Under the pieces are notes generated by a model that saw nothing but the letters and a program-made list of their open reading frames with translations, was not told the DNA's origin and ran no database searches. Below, piece after piece: positions 1 to 12,599 of a stretch of DNA of 64,000 bases (positions within the stretch are counted from its first letter, which is position 1; each line of letters starts with the position of its first letter). A program made the translations under genes and the position numbers. This DNA is from Monocercomonoides exilis PA203 (lineage: Eukaryota; Protista; Preaxostyla): NCBI GenBank assembly GCA_001643675.2, contig LSRY02000053.1:62001-126000 (forward strand), given 5' to 3'.

Positions 1-299
1 AAAGCAATAGAAAAAAATTTCAGAGAAAGAATAAAAAAAGAAGAAATTCATTGAATTTTTTTTTACTAAAAAAGCCCACAACTATTATGACCTCATCTTT
101 TTCATCCTCTGTCCTTTTTTTTGGCATTTCCACAGTTGCTTGGCGAACATTCCATTCAACTATTTTTCTGAATATACTTCTTTGCTCTCTTTCTTCCTCT
201 TCACAAATCACTTTGAAAGTTGGACAGATATATCACTAAGTTTGCTTGAATTCTTCAACAGTCTTTATTGGTTCAGTGTCAACCTTGATTTGAGGATGC

Positions 300-1750
300 A
301 AAGGGTGACTTTAGAAAGTGGAGAGGATTGTTTTCGGGCTGATAACAATCAGCTCTTGGAGGCTGGTGCCATGAGAGTTCGAAACACTGTGCAAAGTGGA
401 GAGCACAGTGTTTTCACAGATCAAGTGCACTGGGAGCAGCAGTATGGTGGAGTACAGCGGGTGTGTGATTGGGGGTGGGGAGAAGGGGAGCGAAGGCTGG
501 GAATGTGTAATATTCGAAGCGAAGCCAGAGGAGGCTGCGATGCGAGGCACAGGCCCATGGCTTGCATTACGGGGTGTTCTTGGGGGAGGCTAATGTTGCT
601 GGGCGGTTTGCCCTCTAGCACTCAGTGGATTCGAGCTGCTCCATCCCGCTTGCCGTGTATTTCTGGACCAACATCACCGCCTACGTGTTTGAAAACGGAG
701 ACACATGCTTCAACTTCACCGTATGTGGGTTCTCCTCTGCTCCTTGCCTGACCATTCCTCACGCCCTTTCCCTCAGACTCCCTCCGCTTCCTCTTCCCTC
801 CTCCACCATCTCCATTTCCTCCGACTCCTCCCTGCCCTCATCTCCCCATCTCCATTCTCAACCTCCACTTTGCCTCCCTTCCTTCACCCACTCCATCGCC
901 TCCCACTCTTCCCACACTGACCCCGACCAGGTTGTCGACCTCGTGCCCTTCATAACATCCTACTGCGCCTACTAAATGTTCGTCGACCCAGACACCGGCT
1001 TTTCTTCCCTCCAGGTCAGCTACCTGCTTTACCCCTGCGCTTCCATCTCCACAACTGTGTTACGCATCTACCGCTCAATAGAAAACTCCCTCTGGATCTG
1101 CCCACTCTTCCCTCTTCTCCCTCCTCGACGGATAACAAGCTGTGTCCTCCTTCCTCTTTTCCGTGACTGACCAGCACGTCCGTCTCAACTCCACCCATCT
1201 TTGTTCTATCCGAGAAACCCTTCGCTTCTCCAACATATCTGTCCATTCCCTCCCCCATCACCTGCCCAACTCATCATGTTCTCGCCACTTCCTACCTCTT
1301 CCTCTCCCACGCCAACCTCTCCTCCCTCAGTGCTGCCTCGCCTGTGCTCCTATTCGACGATGACATCAGCAACTTCGTTGAACATCTCATCACCACGGAT
1401 CTCGCCTTTGGAGGTTTCAAAGTTGTTATTCTCATCTTACTGTGAAATCAGTCAATAAGTTCCTTCAGCTTGATGCGTTCCATCTTCACTGCCATCTCGC
1501 TCAACAAGCTCTGTTGGAGTGTGCATGCCGACAGCTTCCAACTCACCGTAAATATCCTTTCCATTTGTATATTTTCCCTCACCGCCAGCTGCAACCTCGT
1601 CTGCTCCAACTCCAGTGCACTCAATATCCCCTCGTTCAAATGAGAAGGCGGAGTCATCCTTCCAGGCACCTCTTAGTAACTCCTCAACTGTTGATTCACT
1701 CGGTGCTGCATTGAGAATCATCTCTCTTCTCTGCCTTTCGTATTGACGCT
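300..1750 (+). pseudogene. Fragmented remnant of a Ser/Cys-rich surface-protein-family gene
   Basis: Short ORFs in shifting frames, e.g. 625-975 AVYFWTNITAYVFENGDTCFNFTVCGFSSAPCLTIPHA, which resembles the CG..xAPC.T..HA motif also seen in the 58018-58830 ORF. Many stops and frameshifts. Confidence 0.45.
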
Positions 1751-2049
1751 TTCAGACTTTCGTGTTAAGGAAGAAACAGATGAAATGACACTCCTTGAAA
1801 TCTGTCATTCTTTACTCTGAGAGAAAGAGAGATAAGAAGTGGATATGGGAGAATTGAAGAAGGGGAAGAAGGAGAAGGAGACGATGAAGATGAATCGAGT
1901 TGTGAAGATAAAATGAGAGGATGGGGAAGAGAAAGTTGAAAAAGGGAATACGAAGAAGAGGAAGAGGAAGGATAAGAAGAAGAAGCAGTAGCATATGAGA
2001 CAGAACAAATAAAATCCGAAGGCTTAACAAAACTTCAGCTTCACTTCTA

Positions 2050-4800
2050 TTAGCAGAAGAAATTAAAGAAGAAGCCGAAGCAGAAGAAGAATTATCATTT
2101 TAGCTTGTTTGTTGTTCTTGAAAATTTTCTTTGTATTTCTAAAAAATTCATCAAACAGCATGATTTTCTGCAAAGAAGTGGAAGAAGAAGAAAAATAAGC
2201 TCTCAAATTAATGATCGAAATACGCCTTCGCATTTTCGCTTCGCTTTTGCTCCGAATGTTTTTGTTCTTTTGGAGCATAATTTTCTTCTTGTTCTTCTTG
2301 TTCTTCTTCTTTCGTTGTTCTTTAAAAGAAGATAAGTTTTCAGAATTGTCATTTTCTCCTTTTTCTGCATCTGAAAATGTGCTTTTATTGTGAAACACAT
2401 CTCCAAAGCTTCCAAATTGAACAGCCTGCCTGTCAAAATACAGATCATCTCGAATTTGAAAAACCTTCATCCACCAAACAACAAGAAAGCGATTCAACAT
2501 TCTGCTTGATCCACACTTTCCTCTGCTTCGCACAACCTTTGAAAAATGAATCACTTCTTTCAATCTTCTTCTTCTTCAGATATGAAACAAACACCTCTTT
2601 CTTCTTCTCAGCCTGTTCAATTGTCTTCTTCTGCTCGTCTTTGAGCTTTGATCGCTTTTTCTTTGAGTTTTCTTTCTCCTCCTCCAGAAGCTCTTCTTTT
2701 TCATTCTCTGCGTCTTCCATTTCCTTCTTCTCCATCTTCTGCTGCATCGCTTTCTCCAACTCAACTCGTTCGATGCGGCTTGGAATAGCCGACAATTTTG
2801 GCTCAGGAAAGTACAATGACGAAGAAGAAACGGTATGCAATATTTGATTGGTGAAAGTTGGGGTATTGGTGGAAGAAGGAGATATAGATAACTATGAAAA
2901 AGAAGGTGAAAGTTATAGCGTTGAAGGAGGTTAAGCATTATCAAAATGATTGAAATCAGATGGAATATATTAGGAGAGAAAGGAAGGTTATGATGATGAT
3001 AAGATTGAAGAAGAAGAAAAGTTTGTTGATGTCGTTTGCTGAGGAATTGACTGAAGAGTCTGATTTGGTCCATTTAACGTTGTGTTAATAGCATTTTGCT
3101 GGTAAAAAGGCAAGCTTATAATTCTTTCTGCTTCTCTTTCTCTTTCTTCTCTCAGCTTCCTTTCTTTTATTCGCCTTCATCTTTCTTCTATTTCCTTTTT
3201 TGCCCACATCAAATTCTCCATTCACCACGTCCTGCATTTTTCTTCCTCCTTAAACCACTTGTCATCTCAAAGCGCAATGTGACATATAGATATTGGAATC
3301 AGTGTTCTTTCTGGTGTCAGCAACGAATATAGCGAAAGAAAATCTGTGTTCTTCTTCACATCTTTCCTCCTCTTCATCCCTTCCAATGAAGCATGAATGC
3401 TGCTTCGTGGAGCCTTCGAATGGATATTATTCCTTTGTGGAGAAATCAATGAAGAAACATGAGAGATAGACAAAGCAGAGGATGATGATTGAGAAACAGA
3501 TGGGGTCAAAGCTTTGTTAGCAGATGTATTCTTTGACATAAAGAAATCATCATCTTCTTCTTGAAGCAGAACCATGTTAACTTTGCTGCATTTCTTCCTT
3601 CAAGCTGCTTTTTTTTTGCCTTTTCCTTTGGATTACTGAAAAATGTTTTGACGCTCTGTGAATATGAAGAAAATGATAATGATATCACTGAATAAATGTC
3701 ACGAGCATGCCTGCCTTTCAACGAAGCTGATTTCGACACTTCAGACTCACTTCCGTTCAAAACACTCTGCTCGCTTTTCCTTCTCTCTTCTTCCTCTTTG
3801 TCATCGACAATAAATTGCCCCTTTCCTCTTATGTTTTTCCTCATTGCATTCTCCCCTGCTGCTTCTGCTTCCTGCTTTTTAACAATTGAACATTAAAACT
3901 CTTTCTCTGAAACGACTTTTCCAGACAATTGTTATTCTTCAAAGTATTGAACTCTAAATGATGTTCGGCTTCCAACAAATGACTCCAAATGGATCATTCT
4001 ATCAACTTTTCTATTTGAAGTTCCATATTTCTCTGTCTATAAATATTTCTCATGTTCAATTCTTTTCAATCTTTCTATTCCTCCTTCATTTCCTTATGAG
4101 CTTAATAATGTGCCTCCCTCCCCTTTTCCAGCTTCTTTTCCACATTCACCCTAATCTTCCCTCCCCTCTTCCTTTTCCTGCTCTGCGCTGCTTCAATCGA
4201 TTTCAGCTTCATCTTCCTTTGTTTCTCAGAAGAAAGCTGGTTGATTTTTGTCTTCCGATTGAACAGAACTTTCTTCGCCCCCTGTTTTCAATACTTTTTC
4301 ATTCTTTGCCACAACGTCACCCAACAAAATTCCATGTTCTTCTTCAAGAATTGTTTAAGCTTTCTCCCATAGTCTTTAAACTTGTGCTCTTTGTATTGAA
4401 ACTTCAGCTTTTTTTTCATTCTTTATTTATTCTCACCTATGAATATTTTTTTCTTCTCTTCTGCCTTTCTTCACTCCACCCTTCTCCTTTGTTCTCTTGC
4501 GCTTTCTGCAGTCGATTCTAATAAAACTTTCTTCACAACTCCTCTCTCCTCTTCCGGTCAAAAATCATCTTGCTCATCTTCGTTTCGCTCCATTTCGCAT
4601 CCATCTCCACCAACTTTCAGTTCAGCTTTATCCTTATCTCCCTCCACTTTCTCCACTCCCTGCTCATCTTCATCTTTCTTGCTCTGTCAGAAGAACTTTT
4701 CCAAGATTTAATGTAATTCTTTTCTTAACTTTTCAATCTTTCACACAATGCTTTTGTTCTGCCACATTTCACATTCCTGATACACTTCCTAATGAAGTGA
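2050..4800 (-). pseudogene. Decayed Lys/Glu-rich (coiled-coil-like) host gene; 5' part paralogous to the gene at ~20800-26900
   Basis: K/E-rich minus-strand ORF pieces (2445-2840, 3267-3575, 3506-3844). The reverse complement of 4650-4780 aligns at roughly 80% with 21286-21415. Confidence 0.5.
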
Positions 4801-5465
4801 AATATTGATAATTTGATAATAATTTCATATCACACATAAACAGCAATGCAATAATTGATTTTTGAGTATTTTGTGAATTATTAATAAAAACAAACTTTGT
4901 CAAAAATGAACAACAATTATCAAACACACATTGAATAGTCTTTCTGTTTGTTTCAACAAAAATTGTCTATGTTCCAAACAAAATAATCAGTTTCTTAACA
5001 AATAGGTCAAGATTCTTATATTAATGAAAAATAACAACGATTTGTTCCAAACCTTTTATGCAGCTTTGTCGTTATATGTCAAACGTTCTCACATATTAAA
5101 TATATAGAATAACTGTAGAATAATGAGAAAAATCTTCGAAGACAGTGCATGGGAAACAATTCATTTCACACAACACTTCATCCCAAATAAAAAATATGTT
5201 AAAAAACAAATTATTACCAACTTTTTCCACTAACAGATTTTCAAAAAAAAGCATCAGACATGTTTATTATCGTTATTTATTCACACTGAGCTAAACAGAT
5301 CATGGTATTCTTAATGGCGCCATTAATAATAATTTGTATTTTTTTATGATCAAAAATTTCAAAAATTTTTAAAAATTTTTTATTTTTGTTTCATTTAATT
5401 TGTGAATATTATTGTTTTATTAATGCAAACATGTCATCAGAAATTGATTTCGAATTTTTTATTGT
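4779..5465 (+). repeat. Left arm of ~687-bp near-perfect inverted repeat (partner 20599-21286)
   Basis: Direct reverse-complement match from GATACACTTCCTAATG (4779) to CGAATTTTTTATTGT (5465); only one poly-T length difference noticed. Contains the 16-bp palindrome TTAATGGCGCCATTAA (5311-5326). Confidence 0.95.
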
Positions 5466-5644
5466 CAAATTTGTTGTCAAATACAAATACATAATCTTTA
5501 TTTATTTTTTGCTCAAAAAATCTTTTTTTGTTAATATTTATCAAAATTTTTTTATTGAAAATTCAGTAATAATAATAAAAGTTGAGTTGTCATTTTAATT
5601 AATTATTGATATTAATTCCATAATAAATTGTAATAATCACAAAA

Positions 5645-6175
5645 ATGTCATTTTCTAAACAAGAGTCAACTCTAAATTCACGATGCAACGTTCTGTGGAA
5701 AGAAATTCAACGCATCGGTGGAGATGACGTTGATTCATTGCTCGTCTATCTGTTTTGCAATTACAGAAAATCATCTTCAGTAATTAATGATTTACTGAAA
5801 TCCTTGAATGGTTTCGACTTCAAAATTTATTTATTGTGAATAACTTATATTTATCTATTATTATGTTACTTTATTAATAATTCTAATTTTTTTGTTATTA
5901 TGAAAACTTAGAATATTACGAAATACTTCTGAAAGATCTCTCAGTTGTGTACAAGCACGCACAATTGCACACGCAAACGATGATACTTCAAGCACTGATG
6001 CGCAACGCATCATTATCTGAGCTTCTGTACTATGGATTTGATATCACAGAAGGAAAGTATAATTATGCGAAACAAACTCTTACAAAAAACCAAGGATTTT
6101 TAATACCAGCACAATTGCCTCACCCGCCATCGTGCAAAAGTGGTTTGTATTTCATTATATTTAAATTTCAATTTT

Positions 6176-6239
<64 letters not shown>

Positions 6240-9200
6240 AGGTCTTAATGAACAAGATTGGGAAAAGGGCAACAATTGGATGTTGGTCCATTCCACAGAA
6301 GCATCAACATCATCACAATCAGCCAAGAAAAAACCAAAAAGGGTTCCTGATTACGCGCAGTTCATAGAGGAATCTGCGTGGGATGATATCATAATTACAG
6401 AAAAAAATAATCCAAACTAAAAACAATCTTTGTCATCGAAAAAAACAAATCAAAGAAGCGACGATGCCAATGTCATTCCATCTGTGACACCTTCTTCTTT
6501 AAATAAGACTCCTTCTCAAACAGTAAATAATCCAATTATCTCTCCACTTCGTGCTGAAAGAAAGACAACAAGAATTAAACAAAAAAATTCATTTCATCAT
6601 CGTCATTCTTCTCCATCACCGATTCCAATTCATAAACTTTTCAAAGCAAAAACTTCATCATCATCATCATCCTCATCCTCATCCTCCTCCTCATCATCAC
6701 CATCATCAACACCATCATCACCATCATCATCACCATCATCATCACCATCATCATCACCATCATCATCACCATCATCATCACCATCATCATCACCATCATC
6801 ATCACCATCATCATCATTTTCATCCTCATCCTCCTTATCATCATTATTATCATCGTCATCTTCATCCTTTTCTTCTTCTTTCTCATCTTCCTCATCTTCA
6901 TTCCTTTCATCATCCTCAAAAACTTCTCAGACTTCAGCTTCATCCTCAATCAGAAAGAAAAAGAAAAAAACAATGAATACTTCTCAAGTTGACAAAGAAA
7001 CTTTATCTTTTTGCAATGAAAATATGTGGGTTAGTGGTCAACTTATGGAACATGTAACTTCACCCACTCTTATTCTTCCTCATGCGTTCCAAAATCTTTT
7101 CTCATCTTTCACAAAAAAGAACAACACCTCAACACAACTGCATAATTCACAAATAATTTCAAGTGATAATTCAACAAAGATTGATTCTTTATTTCTTCTT
7201 CATCCCAGTCAACAATTAATGTTTTAAAGACCACACCTAATACTCTATCAAAAACAGCAAAAGGGTTGGCAAATCTTGGAAACACATGTTATCTTGCCTC
7301 TCTTCTTCAGTGTTTTTCTTCAATCACTTCACAAAAACCATCAATCATTTTTAAACAACAATCAAAAAAGACATTATCATTTCAAATAATGAGTATTTGC
7401 AATCAAATCCTCAAAGATGGAAAAAAAGTTCATTCATGGATCCCATCGTTTGTGAGCAAATGGGAAAATTTTTGCAGATACGGAAGCAAGCAGCAGCAGA
7501 ATGTGTCAGAAGCATTCGATAATCTTCACAGACTTTTTGAAAAAGATGGATTGATAAAAAAAGATTGCTTTTGTCCTGTTTTGGTTTCTCATTTCAAATG
7601 TTAAAAATGTAAAAAACTCACATCACATATTGACAACATCAACAATAGCATAATCATCAATTCATCATCTGCTCACAATGGTTTATCTTCACTGTTTTCA
7701 ACTGAAATACTAGACAGAAAAAATTGTGTATATTGTGAAGAGTGCAAAGAAAAATGCTGCACTGCTCGGTGGGAGGAAATGATTTCATTTCCAGAGGTAC
7801 TAGCCCTCTCCCATGAATGTACTGATTCTGCTAGTTCTCCTCCTTCTCGAACACTTCTTATTGAGACTGATATGTCGAACAAACGTTCATTTTGCAAAGG
7901 ATTTGCAAATGAAAAAGATTCAACAATTCACAAACACAATAAAGAAACAGTGATTTATCATTTAGTTGGTCAAGTTCTTCACAAACAGTTTGATAACAAT
8001 AATGGTCATTACATTGCTGTTGTGGAAAGAAAGAAAGGAATCAGAAAGTTGTGGATCACTTGTAACGATGATGATATTGATGCATTTGATAGTGACAATT
8101 GGGCTAAGTCCTGGAAAGATCTTCACACCCAGGTGTACACTCCTTCACTATCATTCTACATAAAAGAAAACTCACTATCAACACATCCAACTATTCAAAT
8201 TGGTGGTTCATCTATTTCTTCCTCCTTTTCTCAATCTCCAAATATCATCAACACAAACACAGACACAACTCCATCATCATCGTTTATCACACCACCACAT
8301 CAAACTTCTTTAATTCCACAACTTTCTTCATCAATCACAACTGACTATGGATTGGATGCACTGAAAGAAAAAAGAAAGAAAACGGGAATCTTTTCTCCCA
8401 ATGAAAAGAGATTAATCTTCAAGCCCAAGACTAAATTATGGAAAGAGTTTTCCGAAGAAACAAATATCAAAGTTTCTCTTTCACACTTCTACAAACTCAC
8501 CACCAACTTCTCCAAAGCGAAAAGACGTACAGATCTTTGTGGAATGTGTGAGAAGTTGGACTATTTGGAGAATAAACTCAAATCTTCACAAAACAAAAAT
8601 GGACTGTCTGAAGCAGAGTTTCATACACTAAAATTACTTCGTCAACATCGACTAGTTGCAGAAATGCAACGAAAACATTATCAATCGACTGTCGACAATC
8701 TGAAAGAGGGAGAGGCAGTCTTCGTCTTCGACTTCAAAAAGAAATGGAAACTCCCCATCAGAAAGAACCAACTTCAACAAGAATTCTTCAATTATCAACA
8801 GGTTTCTCATTTCACTGTCATCTCTCTTCAAAAAATTAATAATCAACAAATAAAACGAACATTCAACTTCTTCTCCGACTGCCTCTCAAATGATCACAGA
8901 TTTGTTATTGAGTGTCTGGAATCTGTGATCAAAAGACACTTCTTCTCAGACACTCACACTTTTAAGTTCTTCTGCGATTCAGGTCCACACAACCGAAATC
9001 GCTTCCTTCTTCACTTCATCCTCTCAAAACAATCCAAGCTTCTCAAAAAGAGAAATTTACAACTCAATTTCTTCGCTGAGCATCATGGAAAAAATATCTG
9101 TGATAGTGAATTTGGTGCGTCAGTGAATGCAATCGACAACAATCTTTCGACTGAACACATCACCACACTTCATGACTTAATCAACTTCTTCGACAACAAT

Positions 9201-9647
9201 ATGAATGTTTCAACATCTGCTTCTTCGACATCACAACATAACATTTTTGAACCATCCTCAACCAATTCTTCTCCATCGTCATCATCTATCAAGGAATGTG
9301 TGCATGAGAGGTGCTTTGAAGAGTATGTACCATCTCAGCAAATTTCATGGCCATCTCTGTCAGTCCCTCACATGAAGGACTACTTATTCTTTGAGCGTAA
9401 GGGCTCATTTGTCTGTGCTTCAGCTGTTGGATATCTTCCTCAACGCTCTCTGGTTGCCCTCGAATCTTCAACTATGAAAGAAAAAGTTCAACGTTCAAGA
9501 AAGTCATTTCACTCTGATATCACATCATCTAACTCTTCTCTTCTTTCTCATTCTTCTCAAGATCTTCTTTCAAGGAGATTTGAGCTTCTTCTTTACTCTT
9601 CATCTTTTAATAAATCTCAAAATTGTATTAATGGTGTCCCTTTTTAA
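5645..9647 (+). CDS. Spliced Sola-like DDD transposase with an internal USP (peptidase C19) domain; this copy has 2 in-frame TAA codons and 1 frameshift
   Basis: Exons 5645-5810, 5912-6142 and 6242-9647 join in phase through GT-AG introns. USP Cys box GLANLGNTCY (7263-7292), QQNVSE, CxxC pairs, His box GHYIA (8004) and WITCNDD (8052). Transposase: RRTDLCGMC..H..H, VFVFD (8730), FFCDSG..N (8976), HHGKNICD (9081-9104). Lesions: TAA 6418, frameshift ~7185-7190, TAA 7602. Confidence 0.85.
6178..6232 (+). repeat. Poly-T tract (~55 nt) in intron 2 of the transposase gene
   Basis: Visible homopolymer between GTTTGT (6143) and TTTTAAG (6241). Confidence 0.9.
6655..6860 (+). repeat. (TCA)n / CCATCATCATCA tandem repeat encoding a Ser/Pro linker
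   Basis: About 9 copies of CCATCATCATCA, read as PSSS repeats in ORF 6430-7227. Confidence 0.95.
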
Positions 9648-12098
9648 GAAACAAGTTGTTGTGTATGCTTAGCTGGCACTCTATCGGAAGGGTGCTGGAC
9701 ATGACTGTTCGTATTAGATATTGCAGCCTCCGGGCTGCTTTATCCGGACCTGGACACGACGAACAGCCTCCCAGGTGCACAATAGTTAGAATCCGATTGT
9801 TTTCTTGTGCTTTTTGTCCCGATAATGTCCCTATTATCAAATTAGTTATTGTCCCCATTATTATTGTATTTATCGAGATTCATTAATAGAGAGAGTTGTG
9901 AGGGAATTCATTGATCTTTGAGTGAGGTTTTTGGAAGAGAGAGTTGTTGAGAGTGTGAAATGTTGTTTTATCATTGTGTCTGTCTTTTTTCTAAGTTGGA
10001 TTTGATCTTTTTGAGTTAGGAAAAGAGAAATGTCAGAAAGGGTGGAGTGGGTAGAAAACAAAGGATAAACAGTCAAGTTTGTTTTTACACCTAAAGTATT
10101 TGTATTCTTTTGTGTTTTGAATTGACTATGATTCCATGTATTTGTTGATATAGAAATGCTTTTTATTGAATCTTTTATTGTTCATATGAATTGATATTGA
10201 ATTGACTGTCTGGAAATGTTTATATGATGATATAGTTAAAAAATATTCCTTTGAAAGTGACGCAACAAAAAAAGAAACATATATGTTGCTTTCTCTATTT
10301 TAGATGATTAATTCAATGAAGTGCTAATGTTATTTGTAGACCTGTGCGACAAGTGGCAAATTTTGTCAGTAACTGACAAAGGTGACAGACAGGACAATTT
10401 TTACTGATCACAACCATTATTTTTTTTATTTATTTCATTTTTGGGAGTATTTTTTCAAATAGAAAAATATAATATGCTAATAAATTTTTTTCAAATTATT
10501 GACAGAATGTTTAATGTTTCAACAAAATTTAAAAATTTTGTTGAAAAATGGCAGGAAATATTTATTTCTACAAAATGAAAGAAGGAAAGAAAACAGAAAT
10601 AGAAGAAAAGAAATCAATAGTATTTTTTTATTCTTTGTCAAAAATGATAAAAAATATTTGATAAAGAAATATTGAATATTTTTTTCAATATTTTAGAAAA
10701 TTCAATTAATCAAATTTTCCATAATATATTTTTTACACTGGCAAGATCTGTGAAACATGGATTTTTTAATGTCACTGGAAGTCACTTCTGTCACTGAAAT
10801 CACATTTTGTCAATGAAATAAACACGTCCTAAATAGAAACAGAATTACAAAATAACTTGTCGAGCATATGAAATGTTTGAGATTTCATTTTTCCATCTGG
10901 TTCAACCATAACTTTTCGTTTGACATTAGATAATCCTTATTTTTTAAAGAAAGAACCAAATACAAAAAACAAAAAAGGTCTGAAGAATGCTCATTGATAG
11001 ACTCTTTCAATTAATGATCGTTTGAAGATGAGTTTATTTGTTATTTTAAAGATTTCATTACACTTTGTTTGATTTGCTCGTTTTTTAAGTTCCTTCATGT
11101 GATGTGTTTCGTCCTTTGAAAGCGCATAACTTATTTGTTATGAAAACATATCCTTTCAGTTTTTGAAAGCTTGTTTGGATTATTTTACAAAATATAAATC
11201 TTAAATATATTATTCTAAATATAGAAGAAGCAAGTGTCATAAAGGCCTTTTTGAAGAGCATTGAAAATGGAAATGAAAAGCAAAGTGTGTGCAACATCTA
11301 AGACAGAGAAATTGAACCAATTTACTCAAATGCAATAAATCGGCCTTGTTTATTATATAAGCTGAACAGAAATTACAGAATTTTAATCATTTGAATGAGG
11401 AAGATCCAATGAAATCGATAAAATAAGAATCTTTCTACGTTCTCCAGGAACATGCTGTTTAAAAATTTTTATGATCACTTGAAAATAAAAGTGCAAACCA
11501 AACATTCATTCAACAGTTCAAATATTATCGCTTCTGTTGCTGATTCACGAACTCTTAGGCTTTTTCTCCCTGCTCTTCTTTATCTTTGATGATCCTTTTT
11601 TTTTCCTTGAGATTATCCATCCAAATGGTTTTTTTTTTCTTTTTTTTCTTTTATTTCTTTTTTTTCTTTTTTTTCTTTTTCTTTCTTTTTCTTTCTTCAC
11701 TTTTCTATTCTTTTCTTTCTTTCTTTTTTTGAAAATACAACGCTTTTCAGAAAATTGATGAAAAATGTCTGAATAAAGCAAAACAACTGAAACTTGCAGA
11801 TGCATTGGAGCAGCGTGGAATGAATTGATCCAAAGAGAAATAAGTGGCAGCTCATACGACGAAAGAAAAAAGAAGGATTTGAAATGTGAAATTTTTAAAG
11901 AAATATAAAGTTGTGAGTTTCTTGAGGAAATGTTCACAAGAAGAATAGTGGAATATGGTATGATCATTCAAAAGTGTTTTTCATTTTGAATGTTTTTGAG
12001 TTTAACTTCATTTTTTGAAATATGTAAAAACAGGATATCAAGAATGGCAGAATTGAATTGTTTTCATTTTGTGAAATGACGAAGGAAAAAAGATAATA

Positions 12099-12525
12099 CA
12101 GTGAAGCTCGGTTAAAATCACCTCGGTTGTAATCAAGACAGCGAGTAATCACATTTTTTCTCGCATCAAAAAATTTAGCATTTTTTCATGTGTAATTTCA
12201 TCGGTTATAATCACACAAAAATCGCGAATAATCACATTTTTTTAAAAAAAATGGGTATTTTTCTGTCAATTTTGAAATTTTTTGAAAAAATGAAAGTTGT
12301 TTTTTCTGATTTATAATGAACAAAATTTTTCATTTCAACATTATAAATAGAAAAATTGATTCAAATGTGTGGATTTTAATAATTATTGAAAAAATATTTT
12401 TTTTCATCCAAAAATTTTTTTCTGAAAAAATTTTCAAAGAAAAAACAGTTTCGGTTATAATCAAGTTCGGTTGTAATCACAAAAAATCGTGCAAAATCGA
12501 ATGTGATTATAACCGAACTTCACTG
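12099..12525. mobile_element. Tc1/mariner (pogo-like) MITE, 427 bp
   Basis: TIR CAGTGAAGCTCGGTTAAAATCAC / GTGATTATAACCGAACTTCACTG. TA on both flanks (12097-98, 12526-27). Repeated CGGTT(A/G)TAATCA motif near 12109, 12125, 12202, 12452, 12468. Confidence 0.9.
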
Positions 12526-12599
12526 TATTTCAGTTTCATTATTCCATGCATTTCATAATTTTTATATTCACAAAATATTTAGAAATATCTTTTGTGAAT

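Noticed and set aside
5311-5314. TTAA target-site duplication for the USP-transposase element
   Set aside because: TTAA is palindromic and lies within the inverted repeat, so it appears on both sides automatically. It is not independent evidence.
6551-6976. Poly-His ORF and antisense poly-Met ORF (6641-6949)
   Set aside because: Alternative-frame readings of the (TCA)n repeat. The Ser-rich frame is the one continuous with the transposase exons.
9700-9785. HDV-like ribozyme on the minus strand
   Set aside because: P1/P2/P4-like helices and a CTAAT linker are present, but only ~5 nt are available where P3/L3 is required. Kept only as generic structure.
11545-11967. Lys/Arg-rich or Phe-rich ORFs (also 41288-41646, 6100-6367)
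   Set aside because: Products of A/T homopolymer-rich low-complexity DNA.
12099-12525. CRISPR-like array from repeated CGGTTRTAATCA
   Set aside because: Irregular spacing, short units, eukaryotic context; explained as MITE subterminal repeats.
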